Assembly (NCBI GenBank): GCA_963771275.1
Contig: CAVYSW010000010.1
Coordinates: 480,001-544,000 of the forward strand
Source of the DNA: an uncultured Gemmatimonadales bacterium
Lineage (GTDB): Bacteria; Gemmatimonadota; Gemmatimonadetes; Gemmatimonadales; GWC2-71-9
Direction: 5' to 3'
DNA: 64,000 nucleotides
Shown here piece after piece: positions 48,637-56,291 of the stretch; the first letter of the stretch is position 1; each line of letters begins with the position of its first letter. The position numbers were made by a program, and so were the translations under genes. The notes under the pieces are model-generated. The model was not told the origin of the DNA and did no database searches. It saw nothing but the letters and a program-made list of their open reading frames with translations.

Positions 48637-49881
48637 ATGCACGTCCTCGTGCTGAATTGCGGTTCGGCGACGCTCAAGTTCCAGATCATCGAGACCGACC
48701 AGCAGCTGATCGAGCGTGACGCCGATCGCCAGCTCGCGAGCGGCGTGCTCGAGCGGGTCGGCGGGCAGTCGCTCGTGACCCTGGAAGCGACGGGCCAACC
48801 CAAGGAGCGGCACGCGGAGCCGATCCGCGACCATCGCACGGCCATCGACTACGTCCTCAAGTGGATCGTCTCCAGCGATTCGCACATCGACTCGATCAAC
48901 TCGCTCGCCGATCTCCACGCCGTGGGCCATCGGGTGGTGCACGGGGGCGAGCGGTTCCGCAAATCGGTGCGGATCGACGCGGCGGTGATCGACGGGATCG
49001 CCGAGTGCATCGAGCTCGCGCCGCTCCACAACCCCGCGAATCTCAACGGCATCAAAGCGGCGGTCGCGCTGCTGGGCGAGGGGATGCCGCAGGTCGCCGT
49101 GTTCGACACCTCGTTTCACGCGACCATGCCGGAGGCCTCGTACCTCTACGGCCTGCCCTACCAGCTCTACCGGCGGCACAAGATCCGCCGCTACGGCTTC
49201 CACGGCACCTCGCACCGCTACATCGCGTACCGCTACCGCCGGATGCTCGGGCTCTCCCCGGAGCAGGTGAACATCGTCACGCTCCATCTGGGCAACGGGT
49301 CCTCGGCGTGCGCCATCAAAGGAGGCAAGTCGTTTGACACCTCCATGGGCTTCACGCCGCTCGAGGGCCTGATCATGGGGACGCGGGCGGGCGACGTCGA
49401 CGCGTCGCTGGTCGGCTACCTCGCGGCCAAGGAGGGCATGCGCCTGCATGAGATCGACGTGCTGCTCAACAAGCAGTCGGGTCTGTTGGGCATCTCCGGG
49501 CTGACCGGGGATATGCGGGAGCTGCTCGAGGAGGAGGCCGAGAACAAGGACCGCCGCGCCGGCCTCGCGATCGACATGTTCTGCGGCCGGGTGAAACGCT
49601 ACATCGGCGCGTACCTGGCCGAGATGGGCGGCGCCGACGCGATCGTGTTCAGCGGCGGGATCGGACAGAACTCGCCCCCCGTGCGCGAGCGGATCTGCGC
49701 GGGGCTCGAGCCGCTGGGCCTGGTGCTCGATCCGGCGCGCAACACCGGGCTTGCGAACGGCGAGGGGGAGATCTCGCGGACCGAGAGCCGACTCAAGGCC
49801 TACGTGATTCCCACCAACGAGGAGCTGCTGATCGCACGAGACACGTACCGGGTCGTGGCGGACCTGCCGAGGCGGTGGTAG
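48637..49881 (+). CDS. ackA: Acetate kinase
   Basis: [53 protein letters not shown]. Confidence 0.95.
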   Translation: MHVLVLNCGSATLKFQIIETDQQLIERDADRQLASGVLERVGGQSLVTLEATGQPKERHAEPIRDHRTAIDYVLKWIVSSDSHIDSINSLADLHAVGHRVVHGGERFRKSVRIDAAVIDGIAECIELAPLHNPANLNGIKAAVALLGEGMPQVAVFDTSFHATMPEASYLYGLPYQLYRRHKIRRYGFHGTSHRYIAYRYRRMLGLSPEQVNIVTLHLGNGSSACAIKGGKSFDTSMGFTPLEGLIMGTRAGDVDASLVGYLAAKEGMRLHEIDVLLNKQSGLLGISGLTGDMRELLEEEAENKDRRAGLAIDMFCGRVKRYIGAYLAEMGGADAIVFSGGIGQNSPPVRERICAGLEPLGLVLDPARNTGLANGEGEISRTESRLKAYVIPTNEELLIARDTYRVVADLPRRW

Positions 49882-49906
49882 CGGAGCCAGCCGGGCTGAG
49901 GACTGG

Positions 49907-49937
49907 GAAAAGCGACGCCCCGCCGCATGGCGGGGCG
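49907..49937 (-). terminator. Intrinsic terminator after tRNA-Pro (may also serve convergent ackA)
   Basis: 9-bp stem CGCCCCGCC/GGCGGGGCG followed by TCGCTTTT on the minus strand. Confidence 0.65.
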
Positions 49938-49939
49938 AG

Positions 49940-50013
49940 TCGGGGCGGCCGGATTCGAACCGGCGACCCCCTGCTCCCAAAGCAGGTGCGCTACCGGACT
50001 GCGCTACGCCCCG
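49940..50013 (-). tRNA. tRNA-Pro(UGG)
   Basis: CGGGGCG acceptor stem, anticodon loop TTTGGGA, GGTTCGAATCC; CCA not encoded. Confidence 0.95.
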
Positions 50014-50099
50014 AGCTCAGGCAAACCTAACAGCACGCGAACGCCGACGCACCCGCTGCCCTCTTGCGCCGTCGCGCGGGGGCGTGGAGCATTGGAGCC

Positions 50100-51242
50100 A
50101 TGTCCCAGCCGCCGTTCTCACCTCCCGGGTCCCCTGATCCGGCGAGGCCGCTTGCCCCGCCCGACTTGCCTCCCCAGGACCTCGAGTGCGTCCCGGTCGA
50201 GCGCGCCGAGACGATCCCCGCCCGATGGTACCGCGACCCGGGGTTCCACGATCTCGAGCGTGACGCAGTGTTCGCGCGCAGCTGGCAGCACGTCGGGCAC
50301 ACGAGCCAGCTTCCCGAGGTCGGCGACCATCTCATCGCCATGGTGGCGCGCCGGCCGGTCCTCCTCGTGCGGGCGGCCGACGGCGCGATCCACGCGTTCT
50401 ACAACGTCTGCCGCCATCGCGGCGGGCCGCTCGCCCTGAAGGACGGGCACGCGCACATGCTGCAGTGCCGCTACCACGGCTGGACCTATCGGCTGGACGG
50501 CATGCTGCGCGGCGTCCCGCACTTCAACCGCACCGAGCTGTTCGACAAGGAGGACTACGGACTCGTCCCGGTCCGGCTCGCGGAGTGGCAGGGGCTCCTC
50601 TTCGTCCATCTCGAGCCCCACCCCGCGCCGCTCGACGGCTTCGTCGCCGGGATCGGCGAGCGGCTGGCGCCGGCGCGGCTCGACGCGCTGCGTTTCGCGA
50701 GACGGGTGGACTACGAGGCGCGCTGCAATTGGAAGGTGTACGTGGACAACTACCTGGAAGGCTATCACGTGCCGCACGTGCACCCGGAGCTCTGCGCGCT
50801 GTACGACTTCCAGGCCTACCGCACCGAGCTCTCCACGTGGTACTCCTTGCAGGTCGGCCCGCTGTCCGGCAAGGACACGCCCTACGGCGTGTCCTTGGGT
50901 GAGGCGCTGTACTACTGGGTGTTCCCCAATCTGATGCTGAACATCCTGCCCGGCCGCCTGCAGACCAACGTCGTGGTCCCGCTGGCGCCGGACCGGTGTG
51001 GGGTGATGTTCCGGTACTACTACGCCGACGTGGAGTCTGCGGCGGGCCGGAGCGTGATCGAGAGCGACCTCGCGTTCTCCGACGCGGTGCAGCGGGAAGA
51101 CATCGAGATCTGCGAGCGCGTGCAGGAAGGACTGGAGTCGGGAGTGTACGACCGCGGCCGGTTCTCGGCCGACATGGAGGCTGGCGTGCACCACTTCCAG
51201 TCACTCGTGAAACAGGCGTTTCGGCGGCACCTCGCCCGCTGA
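50100..51242 (+). CDS. Rieske non-heme iron oxygenase alpha subunit (choline monooxygenase-like)
   Basis: CRHRG...CRYHGW Rieske ligands; NWK..DNYLEGYHVPHVH mononuclear Fe site. Confidence 0.88.
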   Translation: MSQPPFSPPGSPDPARPLAPPDLPPQDLECVPVERAETIPARWYRDPGFHDLERDAVFARSWQHVGHTSQLPEVGDHLIAMVARRPVLLVRAADGAIHAFYNVCRHRGGPLALKDGHAHMLQCRYHGWTYRLDGMLRGVPHFNRTELFDKEDYGLVPVRLAEWQGLLFVHLEPHPAPLDGFVAGIGERLAPARLDALRFARRVDYEARCNWKVYVDNYLEGYHVPHVHPELCALYDFQAYRTELSTWYSLQVGPLSGKDTPYGVSLGEALYYWVFPNLMLNILPGRLQTNVVVPLAPDRCGVMFRYYYADVESAAGRSVIESDLAFSDAVQREDIEICERVQEGLESGVYDRGRFSADMEAGVHHFQSLVKQAFRRHLAR

Positions 51243-51294
51243 GCGCCGGGCCGCGGGGGGCCCCGGAGGCTCAGCGGGGATCGGCAGGGCTTCC

Positions 51295-51320
51295 GGAACT
51301 CTGCGACACCACCGGTGGTT
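51295..51320 (+). promoter_or_regulatory. Candidate ECF-sigma promoter for the leader-cysE-cysK unit
   Basis: GGAAC-N18-GTT ending about 10 nt before the leader SD. Confidence 0.35.
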
Positions 51321-51338
51321 ATTAGGGGGCGGGAGTTC

Positions 51339-51455
51339 ATGATGTGCCAGCGAGGTCACTTGCTCTGCATCCAACGGCTCGCCTGCGCGTGTGGCTGCGC
51401 GCGGGACGGGTCGAGGTGTCGCGACGGCTCGGCTGGCGTCGCTCCCGACGGCTGA
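51339..51455 (+). CDS. Cys-rich leader peptide (37-38 aa) upstream of cysE
   Basis: GGGAG SD then ATGATG; MMCQRGHLLCIQRLACACGCARDGSRCRDGSAGVAPDG-stop, 6 Cys; shorter than any ORF in the supplied track. Confidence 0.7.
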   Translation: MMCQRGHLLCIQRLACACGCARDGSRCRDGSAGVAPDG

Positions 51456-51484
51456 GCGCTGTCGGCAGCCGGCAGCGAGCATCT

Positions 51485-51520
51485 GGACCGCGGCGCCTGT
51501 TGGTCGCGGTCCCTTCGTTC
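51485..51520 (+). terminator. Attenuator-like hairpin between leader peptide and cysE
   Basis: GGACCGCGGC/GTCGCGGTCC 10-bp stem followed by CTTCGTTC (weak U-tract). Confidence 0.5.
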
Positions 51521-51542
51521 GAGGAGGGATCGAGGATCGGGC

Positions 51543-52244
51543 ATGCTGGAGAATTTGGGCGAGGACATTCGGGTGGTGAAAGAGCGTGACCCGGCCGCGC
51601 GGACCACGCTCGAGATCCTGCTGTGCTACCCGGGCCTCCACGCGGTGTGGTTCCACCGCGCGGCGCACGCGCTGTGGGGCGCCGGTCTCAAGACGGCCGG
51701 CCGGTGGCTGTCGCACGTGGGGCGGTTTCTCACGGGCATCGAGATCCACCCCGCGGCGGTGATCGGCCGGCGGTTCTTCATCGACCACGGCATGGGCGTC
51801 GTGATCGGTGAGACGACGGAGATCGGCCACGACGTGCTGCTGTATCAGGGGGTCACACTTGGCGGCGTCTCCCTGGAGCGTACCAAGCGCCACCCAACCC
51901 TCGGCAACAACATTGTGGTCGGTGCCGGGGCGAGGATCCTCGGGCCCGTGCGGATTGGCGACGGGGCGCGGGTCGGCGCCTCGTCGGTGGTCGTGACCGA
52001 CGTGCCGGCCGGGACCACCGTGGTGGGGATTCCCGCGCGCCCGGTGAAGCCGCGCGCGGGGGAGACGGAGCAGCAGATCACCCTGCACCACGAGCGCATC
52101 GCGGACCCGGTAGACCATGTGCTCGCGGCGATCGAGTCGCGGCTCGGCGCCGTGGAGCGTACGCTGCGGCGCCACGCCGAGCGCGAGCGCGGCGCAGACG
52201 AGGCCCTGTCGCGCGCGGTCGGCGCGCGGGATTACGAGATCTGA
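51543..52244 (+). CDS. cysE: Serine O-acetyltransferase
   Basis: [42 protein letters not shown]. Confidence 0.96.
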   Translation: MLENLGEDIRVVKERDPAARTTLEILLCYPGLHAVWFHRAAHALWGAGLKTAGRWLSHVGRFLTGIEIHPAAVIGRRFFIDHGMGVVIGETTEIGHDVLLYQGVTLGGVSLERTKRHPTLGNNIVVGAGARILGPVRIGDGARVGASSVVVTDVPAGTTVVGIPARPVKPRAGETEQQITLHHERIADPVDHVLAAIESRLGAVERTLRRHAERERGADEALSRAVGARDYEI

Positions 52245-52290
52245 ATCACCTGTCCGCCCGCCTGGGCGGCGCCGGAGACGGGAGAACAGC

Positions 52291-53271
52291 ATGGCGCGCA
52301 TCTTCGAGGACATCACCGAGACCATCGGCAACACCCCGCTCGTCCGCCTACGGCGCCTGACCGACGGAGTCACCGCGGACGTGCTGGCCAAGCTCGAGTT
52401 CTTCAATCCGCTCTCGAGCGTGAAGGACCGCATCGGCGTGGCGATGATCCAGGCAGCCGAGCGGGCCGGGACGATCAAGCCCGGCGACACGCTGATCGAG
52501 CCGACGAGCGGGAACACCGGGATCGCGCTGGCGTTCGTGGCGGCGGCGCGCGGCTACCGCCTGATCCTCACGATGCCGGACACGATGAGCGTCGAGCGGC
52601 GGGCACTGCTGCGCGCGCTCGGGGCGGAGATCGTGCTCACGCCGGGGAGCAAGGGGATGAAAGGCGCGATCGCCATGGCCGGCGAATTGCTGCGTCGGCA
52701 TCCCGGCGCGTTCATGCCGCAGCAGTTCGAGAACCCCGCCAATCCGCAGATCCACCGCGAAACCACGGCGGAGGAGATCTGGCGGGACACCGATGGCGCG
52801 GCCGACATCCTGGTCGCCGGGGTCGGCACCGGCGGCACGCTCACCGGTGTCGCCTCCGTGCTCAAGCGACGCAAGCCGGCGTTCCGTGCCGTCGCCGTCG
52901 AGCCCACCGCGTCGGCGGTGCTCTCCGGCGGGCAGCCCGGCGCTCACAAGATCCAGGGGATCGGCGCCGGCTTCGTGCCCGACATCCTCGATGTCTCGTT
53001 GATCGACGAGGTGGTCGCGATCGACGACGACACGGCGTTCGCGACGGCGCGCCGGCTGGCGCGGGAGGAAGGCATCCTCGCCGGGATCTCGTCGGGTGCG
53101 GCCGTTGCGGCGGCGCTCCGGGTGGCCGCCCGCCCGGAGAGCACCGGCAAGACGATTGTCGTGATCCTGCCGTCGAGCGGCGAGCGCTACCTCACGACGG
53201 CCCTCTACCGGGACATCCTCGACGAGGTGGCGGCCATGCGGGCGGTGGAGGAGGCGCCGGCCACCGTCTAG
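52291..53271 (+). CDS. cysK: Cysteine synthase A
   Basis: IGNTPLV, SVKDRI (PLP lysine), [30 protein letters not shown]. Confidence 0.96.
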   Translation: MARIFEDITETIGNTPLVRLRRLTDGVTADVLAKLEFFNPLSSVKDRIGVAMIQAAERAGTIKPGDTLIEPTSGNTGIALAFVAAARGYRLILTMPDTMSVERRALLRALGAEIVLTPGSKGMKGAIAMAGELLRRHPGAFMPQQFENPANPQIHRETTAEEIWRDTDGAADILVAGVGTGGTLTGVASVLKRRKPAFRAVAVEPTASAVLSGGQPGAHKIQGIGAGFVPDILDVSLIDEVVAIDDDTAFATARRLAREEGILAGISSGAAVAAALRVAARPESTGKTIVVILPSSGERYLTTALYRDILDEVAAMRAVEEAPATV

Positions 53272-53305
53272 GACCGGCGGCGTCGGCCCGCGGTCGCGAC
53301 GGTGC

Positions 53306-53938
53306 CTAGCGGAGCCCGCCCGTCGCGAGCCAGGCCGCGAATGCGGCGATCGCGCGACCGCGATGGCTCACGCCCGCCTTCTCCTCCGGCGTGGCGTCGC
53401 CGAAGCTCTTTGCCAGATCGTCGGACAAGAACAGCGGGTCGTAGCCGAACCCGCCAGTCCCCTGCGGCGCCTCGAGGATGCGACCGGTACAGGTGCCCTC
53501 GAACGCCCGGGGAATCGCGTCGTGCCGGGCGAGGAACACGGCCACGCAGCGGTAGCGCGCGCGCCGCCGCTCGGGCGACGCGCCCGCGAGGCGCCGCAAC
53601 AGTTCCGCGTTGTTCGCGGCGTCCTGCTCGCGCGGGTCAGGCGTGGGAAGGGCGAAGCGGCGCGAGCGCACACCCGGCGCCCCGCCCAGCGCGAACACCT
53701 CGATGCCGGAGTCCTCGGCAAGCGTCGGCATGCGCGCGAGCTTGGCGAAGTACTCGGCCTTGCGCCGGGCGTTGCCCTCGAACGACCCGACATCCTCGAT
53801 CCCGGCCTCCTCGGGGCGCTCCCACAGGCCGCGATCGTCCGGGAAGACGGGCTCACAGGCGGCGTCCGCGAGCAGTTGACGGATCTCGCGCTGCTTGCCG
53901 GGGTTCCGCGTCGCCACCAGGAGCTTGGGATGACTCAT
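53306..53938 (-). CDS. rdgB: Non-canonical purine NTP pyrophosphatase (Ham1/RdgB)
   Basis: ATRNPGK, EDSG, GAPGVRS, GFGYDP, SHRGRA; coupled to rph. Confidence 0.93.
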   Translation of the reverse strand: MSHPKLLVATRNPGKQREIRQLLADAACEPVFPDDRGLWERPEEAGIEDVGSFEGNARRKAEYFAKLARMPTLAEDSGIEVFALGGAPGVRSRRFALPTPDPREQDAANNAELLRRLAGASPERRRARYRCVAVFLARHDAIPRAFEGTCTGRILEAPQGTGGFGYDPLFLSDDLAKSFGDATPEEKAGVSHRGRAIAAFAAWLATGGLR

Positions 53939-54657
53939 GCGAGCGCCTGCCGCTGCAACGCGAACAGCTGAGCGATCCCCCGGTCGGCCAGCGCCAGCAT
54001 GCGATCCAGATCCCCGCGCCCGAAATGGCCGCCCTCCCCGGTCGCCTGCACCTCCACGTAGCGATCCGGCTCCAGCACCACCACGTTGGCGTCCACCTCG
54101 GCGACGCGGTCTTCCGCATAGCAGAGGTCGAGCAGCGGCGTGCCCTCCACGATGCCGACGGACACGGCGGCGACGAGCCGCGTGAACGGGTTCGCGACGC
54201 CGCGGCGGTCCGCCAGCCACGCGCACGCATCCGCCACCGCCACGGCGGCCCCCGTGATGGCGGCCGTGCGGGTGCCGCCGTCCGCCTGGAGCACGTCGCA
54301 ATCGACCTGGATCGTCCGCTCGCCGAAGGCGAATGACGCCAGCGCGCCGCGCAGGCTCCGCCCGATGAGCCGCTGGATCTCCTGCGTCCGTCCGCCCGGG
54401 CCGGCGCGCTCGCGGGGTGTGCGCTCGGTCGTCGCGCGCGGCAGCATGGCGTACTCCGCCGTGAGCCAGCCGAGACCGCTGCCGCGGCGCCAGGCCGGCA
54501 CCGATTCGAGAACGGTCGCCGTGCAGAGCACGAGGCTCGCGCCGAACCGGACCAGGCACGAGCCCTCGGCGTAGGGGTTGGCGCCGCGCTCGAGCGTCAC
54601 AGGGCGCAGGGCGTCGGCTGCGCGATCGTCGGGTCGTGCCACGGATCGCTCCGGCAT
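53935..54657 (-). CDS. rph: Ribonuclease PH
   Basis: GWLTAEYAMLP, GRTQEIQRLIGRSLR, DCDVLQADGGTRTAAITG, EVQATGE. Confidence 0.96.
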   Translation of the reverse strand: MPERSVARPDDRAADALRPVTLERGANPYAEGSCLVRFGASLVLCTATVLESVPAWRRGSGLGWLTAEYAMLPRATTERTPRERAGPGGRTQEIQRLIGRSLRGALASFAFGERTIQVDCDVLQADGGTRTAAITGAAVAVADACAWLADRRGVANPFTRLVAAVSVGIVEGTPLLDLCYAEDRVAEVDANVVVLEPDRYVEVQATGEGGHFGRGDLDRMLALADRGIAQLFALQRQALA

Positions 54658-54707
54658 GCGAAGGTTGAATGCCCCGGGGCCGGCGGCCCCACGAGCGGCA
54701 CGTGGTG

Positions 54708-55088
54708 CTAGAGCTGCTGGCGGACCTGTGGCCTGAACGTCAGGGGCACGCGGGTCACCAGGAGGTCGAGCGTCACCTGCCACGCGGTCGCGATGACGAT
54801 CTCGCGGGGTCGGGTGCGCCGGCGGATCGTCACCCGTCGCGCTTCGGGAGGGAGCTGGAGCTCGTCGGCCTTGGCGCGGAGGCGTCGGCGGATGGACTCG
54901 TCATCGAGATTGTTCGCGAACTGAGCCTGCGTCCGCATCTCGTCTCTCATGGCCCAGTAGTTGATGTAGGAGCGCACGTTCGTGATGGTCAAATAGGTCG
55001 CGGCGCCGAGCAGCGCGAGCGTCAACAGGCAGCCGAGCTTGACCTTCCCCCGGCGATTCCCGATCCGGCGACGCAGCGTGCTCACCAT
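54708..55088 (-). CDS. Small membrane-anchored protein with prepilin-like N-terminus (DUF4845-like)
   Basis: RRG then KVKLGCLLTLALL hydrophobic helix; overlaps lptE stop. Confidence 0.6.
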   Translation of the reverse strand: MVSTLRRRIGNRRGKVKLGCLLTLALLGAATYLTITNVRSYINYWAMRDEMRTQAQFANNLDDESIRRRLRAKADELQLPPEARRVTIRRRTRPREIVIATAWQVTLDLLVTRVPLTFRPQVRQQL

Positions 55089-55606
55089 TGCGACTGGGCT
55101 CCGTCCACGATGTCGGTCACGAGCTTGGCCAGGGCTGTCTGGCGTCCCTGCCGTTCCTGCCCGGGCTGGTACTCCCCGTCCACCATCATGCTCTGGCGTT
55201 GCCACAGGGGTTTTCCTTCCCGCTGATCGATGATCTCCACCCGCAACGTGAGCTGAACCCGGCGCGCCGTGACCTCCACGCGCCCTCCTTCCCGCTGGCT
55301 GGGCTGGAATGACAGCGGGATATCCGCCTCGTAGCGCAGAATCGCGCCGCGCACGACGGCGTCGGCGTTCGCTTCGGAGGCCGAGCGCAGCCCCAGACGG
55401 TCCTGCATGGCCTCGCGCAGCGCGTCGGCCACCTCCTGCGTGAGCAACGGCTCGGCCGTCTGGTTGTCGAAGGGAAGAATGGCGACGGTGCGGATCTGCG
55501 GTGGCAGGCCCCCGCCGGCGAACCCGTAGCAGCCCGCGGACGCGAGCAGCAGGCTCAGCGCGACCGCGCTACGAGCGGTTCCACGTGTCCGGAGGGAATG
55601 CCGCAA
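55082..55606 (-). CDS. lptE: LPS assembly lipoprotein LptE family (start approximate)
   Basis: Lipobox SAGC followed by YGF.GG.LP..IRTVAI.PF.NQT; ADAVVRG.I..Y; C-terminal W. Confidence 0.78.
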   Translation of the reverse strand: MRHSLRTRGTARSAVALSLLLASAGCYGFAGGGLPPQIRTVAILPFDNQTAEPLLTQEVADALREAMQDRLGLRSASEANADAVVRGAILRYEADIPLSFQPSQREGGRVEVTARRVQLTLRVEIIDQREGKPLWQRQSMMVDGEYQPGQERQGRQTALAKLVTDIVDGAQSQW

Positions 55607-56291
55607 CGCTGTCGAGGGCCTGCACGGTGAACGTGAGCCTGGAGCCGCCGCCAGGGAACCGCATGACGGCCCGGGTCGGCCGCGGGGCATCCGGCGCGAG
55701 CTCCACCACCACCACGCCCGCGACCCGTTCGCTGTGCCGGACCTCCGCCTGCAGGCGCGGTGTCGATCCCCGCTGATAGATGAAGTCAATTGCCTCCTCG
55801 CCATTCACGTACCGCCAGGCGCGCCATCGCGCCTCTTGCCGCCCCGCGGTCGTGGCGCCCCCGCCCGGCGGGACCACGATGCCCAGCGCGGCCCAGAGAA
55901 TCGGCGCCACGGGCACGAGGCCCTGGAAGTCCCCCTCCGGGTCCGCCCAGAGCGGGTCGTTCGCCACGATCACCGCGCTGCCCGACTTCCCGAACGGCCC
56001 GCGATAGTCGAACCGCAGCGTGTCGGGCGGCGCGTAGCGCACGGCGGCCCGGCCGGCGGAGCTCCCCTGGTTGTTCTCGAACCGCCAGCGCAGCTCGTAC
56101 TGCAGCGGCACCCGCGGCTGGAATTCCGCGGCCCACATGCTGACCGTGTCCGCGGACGTGGGCAGCAAGTTGGCGGGTGCGATGCTCTTGAGGCCCCGTA
56201 CGCACCCCGCGCCCGCCGCCACCAGCCCGACCGCCACGAGGGCATGATAAGGTAGCCCGCCGAGCCGGTCAAGCAGAAGTGCTTGTCGCAT
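55569..56291 (-). CDS. Hypothetical lipoprotein, possible LolB/DUF4292-like fold
   Basis: Lipobox GAGC; PPDTLRFDYRGPFG motif; beta-rich. Confidence 0.6.
   Translation of the reverse strand: MRQALLLDRLGGLPYHALVAVGLVAAGAGCVRGLKSIAPANLLPTSADTVSMWAAEFQPRVPLQYELRWRFENNQGSSAGRAAVRYAPPDTLRFDYRGPFGKSGSAVIVANDPLWADPEGDFQGLVPVAPILWAALGIVVPPGGGATTAGRQEARWRAWRYVNGEEAIDFIYQRGSTPRLQAEVRHSERVAGVVVVELAPDAPRPTRAVMRFPGGGSRLTFTVQALDSVAAFPPDTWNRS

Noticed and set aside
51243..51542. SAM riboswitch or T-box upstream of cysE
   Set aside because: No SAM-I core or T-box consensus seen; the leader-peptide model fits better
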